DNA from: Cycloclasticus sp. symbiont of Poecilosclerida sp. M
GTDB lineage: Bacteria; Pseudomonadota; Gammaproteobacteria; Methylococcales; Cycloclasticaceae
Length of the DNA: 64,000 nt
Assembly: GCA_002101225.1 (NCBI GenBank)
Contig: LWTN01000244.1
Coordinates: forward strand, 22,584-86,583
Direction: 5' to 3'
Shown here: positions 7,475 to 16,341 of the stretch, in pieces
Position numbering within the stretch: the stretch's first letter is position 1
Layout of the letters: each line of letters begins with the position of its first letter
The notes under the pieces: generated by a model
What the model was told of the DNA's origin: nothing
The model's database searches: none
The model's input: the letters and a program-made list of their open reading frames with translations, nothing else
Made by a program: the position numbers and the translations under genes

Positions 7475-8491
7475 ATGATTAAGAGTTCTGCGGTACCTAT
7501 TCAAAATAAATTAATCGACCGTTTTGGTCGACAAGTGACGTATGTGCGTATTTCGGTAACGGATCGTTGTGATTTTCGCTGTGTTTACTGCATGAGTGAA
7601 GATATGGAGTTCTTGCCGCGTGAACAAGTATTAACATTTGAAGAAATCGCAACCTTATCGCGTGCTTTTGTTGAAATGGGCGTGACTAAAATTCGCATTA
7701 CAGGTGGTGAGCCGCTCGTTCGTAAAGATGTTGTCGGTATGTTGGCAGAGATTTCACAATTAGACGGTTTGGATGAGTTAGTTATTACGACGAATGGATC
7801 TCAGCTTGTAAAACTTGCGGAACCGTTGAAGAAGGCGGGTGTAAAGCGCATTAACATTAGCCTTGATAGTCTAGACGCCGATAAGTTTAAGAAAGTAACC
7901 CGAGTGGGTGACCTTGATGTGGTACTTAAAGGTATACAGGCGGCCAAAAAAGCAGGCTTTGAAAAAATTAAGTTAAACGCGGTGATTCTAAAAAATAGAA
8001 ATCACGATGAAGTTAATAGTTTAGTTCAGTACGCGATGGAAGAAGGGCTTGATATAAGCTTTATTGAAGAAATGCCTTTGGGCGTGGTCGATAGCCACTC
8101 TAGAGAGGAGGCTTATTATTCCAGTGACGAAATCAAGCGCGATATTGAACAGCAGTTTGACTTGCTACCCAGCACGAAGACAACGGGTGGCCCGGCGCGT
8201 TATTACAGCGTGCAAGGGTATGACAATATGGTGGGCTTTATATCGCCACACAGCCATAATTTTTGTGATACTTGCAATAGAGTTCGAGTGACAGCATCAG
8301 GTTTATTATTGCTGTGTTTAGGGCAAGAACATTCGATGGATTTAAAGCGTGTTTTGAGGGCAAATCCTACCGATTTGAATAAGGTTAAACAGGCTCTTAT
8401 AGAGTCGATGGAGATTAAACCGAAAGGACATGATTTTGATATTACTGAGCAACCTGTTATCTTTAGGCATATGAGCGTAACGGGTGGTTAG
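7475..8491 (+). CDS. moaA: GTP 3',8-cyclase MoaA (molybdopterin biosynthesis)
   Basis: Radical-SAM CDFRCVYC, C-terminal cluster CDTCNRVR...C, C-terminal MSVTGG. Start probably the ATG at 7475 (ORF track 7457). Confidence 0.95.
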   Translation: MIKSSAVPIQNKLIDRFGRQVTYVRISVTDRCDFRCVYCMSEDMEFLPREQVLTFEEIATLSRAFVEMGVTKIRITGGEPLVRKDVVGMLAEISQLDGLDELVITTNGSQLVKLAEPLKKAGVKRINISLDSLDADKFKKVTRVGDLDVVLKGIQAAKKAGFEKIKLNAVILKNRNHDEVNSLVQYAMEEGLDISFIEEMPLGVVDSHSREEAYYSSDEIKRDIEQQFDLLPSTKTTGGPARYYSVQGYDNMVGFISPHSHNFCDTCNRVRVTASGLLLLCLGQEHSMDLKRVLRANPTDLNKVKQALIESMEIKPKGHDFDITEQPVIFRHMSVTGG

Positions 8492-8539
8492 TTTTTTGTT
8501 AACGTTTTAAAAATAAAATAGAACCCAGAGGAGGGTGTT

Positions 8540-9007
8540 ATGCAGATGTCATTAGTTATAGACGCAAACAAATGTACAGGTTGTTTGCAATGCGAAATGG
8601 CTTGTTCTTATGAAGGTGAAGGTGTTTTTAACCCGACTAAGTCAAGAATTAAAATTTTCCCATTTCATGATGAAGGTATTTTCGTACCTTATACGTGTAC
8701 TCAATGTGATGAAGCTTGGTGTATGCATGCATGCCCAGTAGAAGCTATCGTTATCAACAAAGCGACAGGCGCAAAAGAAATCGTTAACGATTTATGCGTA
8801 GGTTGTAAAGTTTGTACGATTGCTTGCCCATTCGGTACGGTGAACTACAACGCTGATAGCGGCAAAGTGATTAAGTGTGACCTTTGTGGCGGTGACCCAG
8901 AGTGTGCTAAAGCATGCCCAACGGATGCGATTACCTACCAAGATGCGAACTGGACAGGGTATGACAAAATGAAAGACTACGCAGCTAAAGCAGTTCCTGC
9001 TAGCTAG
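8540..9007 (+). CDS. aorA: Aldehyde oxidoreductase polyferredoxin subunit (4x[4Fe-4S])
   Basis: 16 Cys in four ferredoxin-type groups; lies directly upstream of the AOR catalytic gene; strong RBS. Confidence 0.88.
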   Translation: MQMSLVIDANKCTGCLQCEMACSYEGEGVFNPTKSRIKIFPFHDEGIFVPYTCTQCDEAWCMHACPVEAIVINKATGAKEIVNDLCVGCKVCTIACPFGTVNYNADSGKVIKCDLCGGDPECAKACPTDAITYQDANWTGYDKMKDYAAKAVPAS

Positions 9008-9046
9008 GCTTGGCGTATCAAATAATTTGAATTTTGGAGGAAGACA

Positions 9047-10906
9047 ATGTCTTGGACTAAAAAGGTATTAAGAATTAATTTAACGAAGGGAACTTGTAAA
9101 AGTGAACCTTTGAATATGGAATGGGCTGAACAGTTTTTGGGCCAACGAGGTTTAGCAACTAAATACCTCACGGAAGAAGTGCCACCTAAAACGGACCCAC
9201 TATCACCCGAAAACACCATGTATTTGATTACTGGGCCTTTAACAGGAACAATGGCGTCTACAGCGGGTCGTTATTCAGTGGTAACTAAGAGCCCATTGAC
9301 AGGCGTAATTGCTTGTTCTAATTCAGGTGGCTTCTTCGGTAATGAAATGAAGTGTGCCGGTTGGGATATGGTTATTTTAGAAGGTAAAGCAAAAAGTCCT
9401 GTTTATATCCACATTGACGACGACGACGCACAAATTTTACCCGCCGATGAAATTTGGGGTAAATCAGTATGGGAAGCTGATGAGTGGTTACACGCCAAAC
9501 ATCAAGACCCTCAATTACGTGTTGCAGCCGTAGGTGTATCAGCCGAAAAAGGCGTGCTTTATGCAGGAATTATTAACGATTTACATCGTGCAGCAGGCCG
9601 CTCGGGCGTTGGCACAGTGATGGCTTCTAAGAACGTTAAAGCAGTTACTATCCGTGGTAGTAAAGGTGTGAGTGTAGATGACCCTAAGGCATTTTTCGAA
9701 GCAACCACTGCCGCGAAAAAGATATTAGCAGAAAATCCAGTAACGGGTGAAGGCTTGCCAGCATTAGGCACACAAGTGTTGATGAATGTAATTAATGAAA
9801 CGGGCGCTATGCCAACGCATAACTGGAAACATTCGGTTTTTGAAGGTGCTTCTAAAATATCAGGTGAAGCGATGCTTGAAGCACGTGATACAGATGGTAA
9901 GCCTAACTTGACTAGAAATGCAGGCTGTTTTGCATGTACGATATCCTGTGGCCGTATTTCAACCATTAATCCAGAACATTTCAGTGTTCAGAACAAAGAT
10001 GACTTGCATAAGTCTTACGCAGGTAACTCAGGTGGGCTTGAGTATGAAGCTGCATGGGCGCTCGGTAGTGATACAGGCATTGATGATTTAGATGCGCTTA
10101 CTTACGCACAATTTGTTTGTAATGAGCAAGGCATAGATCCAATTTCATTAGGTTCTACGATTGCTGCGGCGATGGAAATGTTTGAAGAAGGCTTTATTAC
10201 CACGAAAGATACCGATGGTATCGACTTGAAATTTGGTAATGCAGAAGCACTTGTTAAGTGTACTGAGCTAGTTGGAAAAGGCGAAGGCTTTGGCGCTGAG
10301 TTAGGTCAAGGTTCAGCTAAATTCTGCGCAAAACATGGCCATCCAGAGTTATCTATGACAGTACGTGGGCAAGAATTCCCAGCGTATGACCCTCGCGGTA
10401 TTCAAGGTATGGGCTTAGGTTATGCAACGTCTAACCGGGGCGCATGTCACTTACGTGGTTACACAGTAGCCTCTGAAGTGTTAGGTATCCCCATTAAAAC
10501 GGACCCACTAGAAACAGAAGGTAAAGCAGGTTTGCAAATCGCTTTCCAAAATGCAACGGCAGCGTTTGACTCTGCTGGTATTTGTATCTTCACCTCTTTC
10601 GCATGGTCTCTAGAAGACGTAGCGCCACAGTTAAATGCTGCGTGTGAAGGCGAGTGGACTGTGGAACGTTTAGGTGAAATTGGTGAGCGTATTTGGAACC
10701 TAGAGAGGCTTTATAACGAAGCAGCGGGTTTCGGTGGCGCATCAGACACATTACCACCAAGGCTGTTAAAAGAAGGCGCTACATCAGGCCCTGCAGAAGG
10801 TAAAGTAAGTGGTTTGGCCACTATGCTTCCTGAGTACTATGCAGAGCGTGGTTGGGCTAAAGATGGTTCTGTAACGAAAGAAACAAAGGCGCGATTAGGG
10901 CTTTAA
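9047..10906 (+). CDS. aorB: Tungsten-type aldehyde oxidoreductase catalytic subunit (AOR family)
   Basis: 619 aa; AAGRSGVGTVMASKNVKA, CFACTISC (C-x2-C-x3-C), GLEYE, GIDPIS, RGACHL, DSAGICIF. Confidence 0.95.
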   Translation: MSWTKKVLRINLTKGTCKSEPLNMEWAEQFLGQRGLATKYLTEEVPPKTDPLSPENTMYLITGPLTGTMASTAGRYSVVTKSPLTGVIACSNSGGFFGNEMKCAGWDMVILEGKAKSPVYIHIDDDDAQILPADEIWGKSVWEADEWLHAKHQDPQLRVAAVGVSAEKGVLYAGIINDLHRAAGRSGVGTVMASKNVKAVTIRGSKGVSVDDPKAFFEATTAAKKILAENPVTGEGLPALGTQVLMNVINETGAMPTHNWKHSVFEGASKISGEAMLEARDTDGKPNLTRNAGCFACTISCGRISTINPEHFSVQNKDDLHKSYAGNSGGLEYEAAWALGSDTGIDDLDALTYAQFVCNEQGIDPISLGSTIAAAMEMFEEGFITTKDTDGIDLKFGNAEALVKCTELVGKGEGFGAELGQGSAKFCAKHGHPELSMTVRGQEFPAYDPRGIQGMGLGYATSNRGACHLRGYTVASEVLGIPIKTDPLETEGKAGLQIAFQNATAAFDSAGICIFTSFAWSLEDVAPQLNAACEGEWTVERLGEIGERIWNLERLYNEAAGFGGASDTLPPRLLKEGATSGPAEGKVSGLATMLPEYYAERGWAKDGSVTKETKARLGL

Positions 10907-10931
10907 TACAGACAAGCGGCATTAAGATAGG

Positions 10932-10970
10932 AAAGGGCGATAACTACTGAGTTGCGCCCTTTTTCTTTTT
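10932..10970 (+). terminator. Intrinsic-terminator-like hairpin between aorB and aorC
   Basis: AAAGGGCG...CGCCCTTT stem followed by TTTTCTTTTT. Confidence 0.7.
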
Positions 10971-11005
10971 ATTAGAATTATTTAAATATACGACGAGGGG
11001 ATAAG

Positions 11006-12274
11006 ATGAAACACGTCATTATTGGCGCAGGGCCATCGGGTGTGGTTGCTGCAGAGCAGATAAGAAAATTAAATACTAAAGCGTCTATCACCATCATTGG
11101 TGATGAGCCAGAAGCGCCTTATTCAAGAATGGCTATTCCCTATCATTTAATTGGTGATATTGAAGAGAAAGGAACTCACCTTCGTCATGCAAAAGGTCAC
11201 TTTAAGACGTTAAATATTGATGTACGAAATGCGCGTGTTGAAGCTGTAGACTCAACCAATAAAACGGTGTCATTAAATAATGGGGCTGATGTTTCATACG
11301 ATAAGTTATTGATAGCTTCAGGCTCACGTCCAAACGCACCTTCCATTCCGGGGATAGATCAAGCGGGTGTGCACTCTTGTTGGACCTTAGAGGATGCACG
11401 TGCGATTGCAGCATTGGCAAAGCCAGGTGCTAAAGTCATTCAAATTGGGGCAGGTTTTATCGCTTGCATTATTTTGGAAGCATTAGCGCGTAGAGATGTT
11501 GACTTAACGGTAGTAGAAATGGAAGACCGCATGGTGCCTCGGATGATGGATAATGTGGCGGGCAATATGATTCAAGACTGGTGTGTAGAGAAAAATATTA
11601 ATGTGTTCTCGAACGGTCAGGTGATGGAAATTGTAAAAGTGGATGGTGATCACACCTTCAAAGTTAAAGTTAAAACCCCTACAGGCGAAACAGAATTAGA
11701 CGCAGACCTTGTGATTTCAGCAACGGGTGTGAGCCCTTGCGTGGATTTTCTTGCAGACTCAGGAATAGAAATTGATACAGGCATTATCATTAATAAAAAC
11801 ATGGAAACAAATGTGCCTGATATTTACGCTTCAGGTGATGTGGCGCAAGGTAAAGATTTTTGTACGGGTGAATATGCAGTGCAAGCTATTCAACCCACTG
11901 CAACAGAGCATGGCGTCATCGTGGCACAGAATATGGTGGGCCGCAAAGGTGCAGAGTGCGGCGGTACGATTAATATGAACGTGCTGGATACGATGGGGCT
12001 TATATCGTGCTCATTCGGTTTATGGCAAGGTGTGGAAGGGGGCGAGAGCAGTACCTTGGTGGAAAAAGACAAGTGGCGTTATATTAACCTCCAGTTTGAA
12101 GATGATGTGTTGGTGGGCGGAACAGCGATCGGAATGACGCAACATATCGGTGTGATGCGCGGATTGATACAATCTGAAACTTCATTAGGGAAATGGAAAG
12201 ACAGGTTATTGGAAAACCCTCTACAGATTATGGATGCCTATTTAGCGAGCACACATACCGCAGCAATTAGATAA
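11006..12274 (+). CDS. aorC: FAD-dependent pyridine nucleotide oxidoreductase subunit of AOR
   Basis: FAD motif GAGPSG, LLIASGS, second Rossmann motif GAGFIA, ASGDVA; position after aorB. Confidence 0.85.
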   Translation: MKHVIIGAGPSGVVAAEQIRKLNTKASITIIGDEPEAPYSRMAIPYHLIGDIEEKGTHLRHAKGHFKTLNIDVRNARVEAVDSTNKTVSLNNGADVSYDKLLIASGSRPNAPSIPGIDQAGVHSCWTLEDARAIAALAKPGAKVIQIGAGFIACIILEALARRDVDLTVVEMEDRMVPRMMDNVAGNMIQDWCVEKNINVFSNGQVMEIVKVDGDHTFKVKVKTPTGETELDADLVISATGVSPCVDFLADSGIEIDTGIIINKNMETNVPDIYASGDVAQGKDFCTGEYAVQAIQPTATEHGVIVAQNMVGRKGAECGGTINMNVLDTMGLISCSFGLWQGVEGGESSTLVEKDKWRYINLQFEDDVLVGGTAIGMTQHIGVMRGLIQSETSLGKWKDRLLENPLQIMDAYLASTHTAAIR

Positions 12275-12276
12275 AT

Positions 12277-12534
12277 ATGGCAAAAATGACCGTAAAGCTG
12301 TTTGCAACGATGATGATTTATCTTCCCGTGAATAGTACGAAATCACATGGGTTTGATTATCAATTAAAAGATGAAACAACGGTCGGCTACTTGATTGATG
12401 ACCTGAAGTTGCCAAGAAATGTTATTCATCTCGTGTTATTAAATGGCATCTATGTGTGTATGCAGAACTTTGAAACGACGATGTTAAAAGATGGTGATGT
12501 GCTCGCGTTCTGGCCGCAAGTAGCCGGCGGATAG
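12277..12534 (+). CDS. aorD: MoaD/ThiS-family sulfur carrier (AorD-like)
   Basis: 85 aa, ubiquitin-like pattern VKLFA...LKDGDVLAFWPQVAGG with C-terminal GG. Confidence 0.85.
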   Translation: MAKMTVKLFATMMIYLPVNSTKSHGFDYQLKDETTVGYLIDDLKLPRNVIHLVLLNGIYVCMQNFETTMLKDGDVLAFWPQVAGG

Positions 12535-12536
12535 AG

Positions 12537-12830
12537 GTGTTGGATTTAGCAGAGAAAGCCTCGATTGAAATGGGCTTTACCCGTCTAGAATTTAATAACT
12601 TATTACTTGCTCAGGATGTATTCGAGTTTACAACTAATGGCAATCGAGTCGTATTTCTCTATATGGATGGGGAGGTAAAAATGCGTCTTGGTGATGATGA
12701 TTATCGTTGTATTAGCTCATGGAAAATACCGAAGATTAAAATAGATTTAGACTTCTCAGGTTTAGAAGAATCGAGTCGCCGCCCGTTTATGAATACCTTT
12801 ACTAAAACGTTCCTTAAAGGTGGCGGCTAG
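12537..12830 (+). CDS. aorE: Small protein of unknown function (AorE-like)
   Basis: 97 aa, last gene of the aor cluster; [10 protein letters not shown]-terminal motif, ends FLKGGG. Called from synteny with the Aromatoleum aorABCDE layout. Confidence 0.65.
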   Translation: MLDLAEKASIEMGFTRLEFNNLLLAQDVFEFTTNGNRVVFLYMDGEVKMRLGDDDYRCISSWKIPKIKIDLDFSGLEESSRRPFMNTFTKTFLKGGG

Positions 12831-13477
12831 TTAGCTGCTTTTGTTCCAAAGGTTTTTTGGTATTGTTGTATCGTAGATAAGTGCTGAGATGAGCCGCTGG
12901 CTGTTAGGTGCTGAATAATATCTTCGAGCGAAATAATTGAGGCAACCTTAAAACCATAAGAGGCCTCTACGTCATCAATTGCAGACGTATCTGCTAAGCC
13001 TTTTTCTTGTCTATTAAGCGAAATCAACACCCCAGCTGGGGTAGCACCAGCTTGCTTGATGATATCTACAGACTCTCGCACAGAGGTGCCAGCACTAATA
13101 ACATCATCCACGATAAGTGCTTTGCCATTCAAATCAGCCCCCACTAATAAGCCGCCTTCTCCGTGGTCTTTTACTTCCTTACGGTTAAAAACATAGGGGA
13201 TATCTCGATCGGCTATTTCTGACAAACCAATAGAAACGGCACAAACAAGTGGAATGCCCTTATAGGCAGGCCCGTATAAAATATCACATTCAATGCCTGA
13301 ATCTAAAAGCGCGTGCGCATAAAAATGCCCAAGCTTACGAAGTCTATAGCCCGTATTAAAAAGCCCGGTATTGAAAAAGTAAGGGCTAACACGGCCAGAT
13401 TTAAGCGTGAACTCTCCGAATTTTAACGCATCACACGCTAGGGCAAATTCGATAAAGTCTCGTTTGTAATCTTTCAT
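12827..13477 (-). CDS. pyrE: Orotate phosphoribosyltransferase
   Basis: [29 protein letters not shown] motif IVDDVISAG. Confidence 0.97.
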   Translation of the reverse strand: MKDYKRDFIEFALACDALKFGEFTLKSGRVSPYFFNTGLFNTGYRLRKLGHFYAHALLDSGIECDILYGPAYKGIPLVCAVSIGLSEIADRDIPYVFNRKEVKDHGEGGLLVGADLNGKALIVDDVISAGTSVRESVDIIKQAGATPAGVLISLNRQEKGLADTSAIDDVEASYGFKVASIISLEDIIQHLTASGSSQHLSTIQQYQKTFGTKAAN

Positions 13478-13542
13478 TTTAGATTCGTCAGTTATAAAAC
13501 AACTATTTTATACGTAAAGGAGATGGGTTTCATCGAATAAAC

Positions 13543-13740
13543 TTATTCCGAGTCCGAGCGTGCGGTAAGTGTAATTTTCTGAGTGGCACCGTCAATATCT
13601 ATCAATAGCTCTATAGGGCGACAGCAAACGCTACAGTCTTCAATAGTTTGTTGGTTGCCCTGAGAAACATCAATGTATGTATCTATTTGTTCGCCACAGT
13701 ATGGGCATGGATAAGAGTGTTGAATAAGTAAGTCGTTCAT
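13543..13740 (-). CDS. CPXCG-motif cysteine-rich (zinc-ribbon-like) small protein
   Basis: CPYCG...IEDCSVCCRPI. Confidence 0.8.
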   Translation of the reverse strand: MNDLLIQHSYPCPYCGEQIDTYIDVSQGNQQTIEDCSVCCRPIELLIDIDGATQKITLTARSDSE

Positions 13741-14888
13741 TCAAGGGGAAGAAAGTGTTCTAAGGTGTTGTTTAAGAAGTTCCAGCCTTGTTTGGTAGAC
13801 GTGTAGGTTAAGCCAGTTAGCAACAACAGTTTTTTATTAAGTAAATCGGCTAATATAGGTTCTATTGTTGATGAATCAACAGAAGTTCGTTGGGTGAATT
13901 GCTCCAGCGTGAAACCCTTTTTAAGCCGCAGTGCATTCAGCATAAATTCGAAAGCCAGCTCATTGTCGGCAACTATATTATGTCCACCAATAGAAGCCGG
14001 TAAGCCAGCATTTTTCATATAATCACGCGGCTGTTTAAGCTTCCAATAGCGAGAAATATTTCCATCATCTTCAGTCAGCTTGCCATGTGCACCCGCACCA
14101 ATACCAATGTAATCACCGAATTCCCAATAATTTATATTGTGTTGAGACTGTTGCCCGTCACCCGCGTATGCAGATACTTCGTATTGCTTGAGCTGATGGG
14201 TGATGTGCTTTTGACACGCTGTTTGCATGTCCCAAATTGCTTCGTCTTTGGGCATGGTAGGTGGGTACTTATGAAACAAAGTGTTTTTTTCGAGTGTCAG
14301 CTGGTAGTGCGACAAATGGCCAGTTTGATAGTTCAAAGCGATATCAACATCGCTAACAGCGGACTCAACATTTTGATTAGGTAAACCAAACATCAAATCA
14401 AGGTTAATACGTTCAAACCCTGCATCTTGAGCTATGCTAATGGCACGATGTGCCTGTTCACTATCGTGAATACGTCCTAGTTTTTGCAAATGTGTATCGT
14501 TAAAACTTTGTACTCCAATAGAGAGTCGGTTAATACCCATTTGACGGAATGTAGAAAACTTATTGGCTTCAGCAGTACTGGGGTTTGCCTCTAAAGTAAT
14601 TTCAATGTCATTGGAGATTCCGAGCTCTTGATTAGTTGCCGTTAGGATGCGTTTGATGCTATCGCCTGAAAATAGACTGGGTGTGCCGCCACCTATAAAA
14701 ATGCTTTTTAGAGTTTTATTTTTAACGTTATTAGCTTCACGTTTTAAATCTCGAATAAGTGCATTGACGTATGCGTCTTCATTGTAATCGTCGCGTTTCT
14801 CATGCGAATTAAAATCACAATAGGGACATTTTTTAACGCACCACGGAATATGAATATAAAGGCTATAGTCTGAACAGCCTGAACTCAT
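13737..14888 (-). CDS. hemW: Radical-SAM heme chaperone HemW
   Basis: YIHIPWCVKKCPYCDFNS, GGGTPS, HNINYW; adjacent to rdgB. Confidence 0.93.
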   Translation of the reverse strand: MSSGCSDYSLYIHIPWCVKKCPYCDFNSHEKRDDYNEDAYVNALIRDLKREANNVKNKTLKSIFIGGGTPSLFSGDSIKRILTATNQELGISNDIEITLEANPSTAEANKFSTFRQMGINRLSIGVQSFNDTHLQKLGRIHDSEQAHRAISIAQDAGFERINLDLMFGLPNQNVESAVSDVDIALNYQTGHLSHYQLTLEKNTLFHKYPPTMPKDEAIWDMQTACQKHITHQLKQYEVSAYAGDGQQSQHNINYWEFGDYIGIGAGAHGKLTEDDGNISRYWKLKQPRDYMKNAGLPASIGGHNIVADNELAFEFMLNALRLKKGFTLEQFTQRTSVDSSTIEPILADLLNKKLLLLTGLTYTSTKQGWNFLNNTLEHFLPLE

Positions 14889-14890
14889 GG

Positions 14891-15496
14891 CTACTTAGCA
14901 AAGAAACCGGCTATTTGCGGCATTAGTTTTGTTAGGGCTTGAGCGCGATGACTGATAGAGTTTTTGACCGCAGATTCAAGTTGTGCCGAGGTGCAGTTTT
15001 TCTCAGGCACAGTAAATACAGGGTCGTAACCAAAGCCATTGTGACCTGATTTTTCGAAAGCGATAGAACCCTCCCAAACGCCGTGCCCTACGATTGGTGA
15101 TGGGTCATTTTCGTGTGCCATAAATACCATTACGCAATGAAACCGAGCGCCGCGTTGATCTTTGGGCGTGTCAGCCAAAGCCTGCAATAGTTTATCGGTA
15201 TTGTTCTCGTCATTAGAAGGTAAACCCGCGTATCGAGCGGAGTAAACGCCTGGTTGGCCATTAATCGAATCGACTTCTAAACCTGAATCATCGGCAATGG
15301 AAGGCAGCCCTGAAATGGCCGATGCGTGCCTTGCTTTAATGATGGCGTTTTCAATAAACGTGGTGCCTGTTTCAGCAACTTCAGGCACATTAAGGTGCGA
15401 TTGCGAGACGACCTCGATGGCTTGTTGCCCGAGTATGGCTTGAATTTCTGCAATCTTGCCTTTGTTACCGCTAGCTAAAACTAAACGGTGGGTCAT
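14891..15496 (-). CDS. rdgB: dITP/XTP pyrophosphatase
   Basis: [23 protein letters not shown] motifs. Confidence 0.96.
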   Translation of the reverse strand: MTHRLVLASGNKGKIAEIQAILGQQAIEVVSQSHLNVPEVAETGTTFIENAIIKARHASAISGLPSIADDSGLEVDSINGQPGVYSARYAGLPSNDENNTDKLLQALADTPKDQRGARFHCVMVFMAHENDPSPIVGHGVWEGSIAFEKSGHNGFGYDPVFTVPEKNCTSAQLESAVKNSISHRAQALTKLMPQIAGFFAK

Positions 15497-16209
15497 TTTT
15501 CTAGAGCATCTCGTTGGTGTTGCATAAGCTCGCTTATGCCCGATGAGGCAAGATTAAGCATTTCATCTAGCTCTTCTCGGCGAAAGGCATGCCTTTCAGC
15601 TGTGCCTTGTACTTCAATAAAACCACCCGCGTCGTTCATGATGACGTTCATATCAGTTTCGGCTCCTGAATCTTCTGGATAATCTAAATCTAAAACAGGG
15701 CCGCCGTTGTATATACCAACGGAAACAGCAGCTATTTGGCCATGAATAGGGTTTTGCTTAATTTTTTTATCGGCTAATAATTTATCAATGGCGATGGATA
15801 GGGCAACGAAACTGCCGGTAATGGATGCGGTGCGAGTACCACCGTCAGCTTGCAGCACATCACAATCGATGGTGATGGTGTAACCATCTAATGCATTAAG
15901 ATCAACAGCAGCACGTAATGAACGTCCGATAAGGCGTTGAATTTCTTGTGTGCGACCACTTTGCTTGCCACGCGCAGCTTCACGTCCCATACGACTATGT
16001 GTGGAGCGAGGTAGCATTCCGTATTCTGCGGTAACCCAGCCTTGGCCTTTATCTTTTAAGAAACGGGGGACACGGCTTTCAACCGACGCTGTACAAAGAA
16101 CTTGGGTGTTCCCACAAGCAATTAATACAGAGCCTTCGGCGTGTATTGTGAAGTTAGTGGTTATTTTAATGTCGCGTAATTGGTCCGCTTTGCGTCCGCT
16201 AGGTCTCAT
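15493..16209 (-). CDS. rph: Ribonuclease PH
   Basis: [28 protein letters not shown]. Confidence 0.97.
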   Translation of the reverse strand: MRPSGRKADQLRDIKITTNFTIHAEGSVLIACGNTQVLCTASVESRVPRFLKDKGQGWVTAEYGMLPRSTHSRMGREAARGKQSGRTQEIQRLIGRSLRAAVDLNALDGYTITIDCDVLQADGGTRTASITGSFVALSIAIDKLLADKKIKQNPIHGQIAAVSVGIYNGGPVLDLDYPEDSGAETDMNVIMNDAGGFIEVQGTAERHAFRREELDEMLNLASSGISELMQHQRDALEK

Positions 16210-16341
16210 GTTGTTTCCTTGGTAAGTAAACGCGCATTATAGGCGAAACATAGCTTTGATGAATGTATAAAGTCGGTAAATTACTGTTCGAGTAGGGTGT
16301 TAATCTGAACAAAAACAGCCTAATATTCATCGTTTAAAAGA

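Noticed and set aside
7322-7504. 60-aa minus-strand ORF in the ABC/moaA intergenic region
   Set aside because: Low-complexity AT-rich translation that overlaps the moaA start, with no supporting features.
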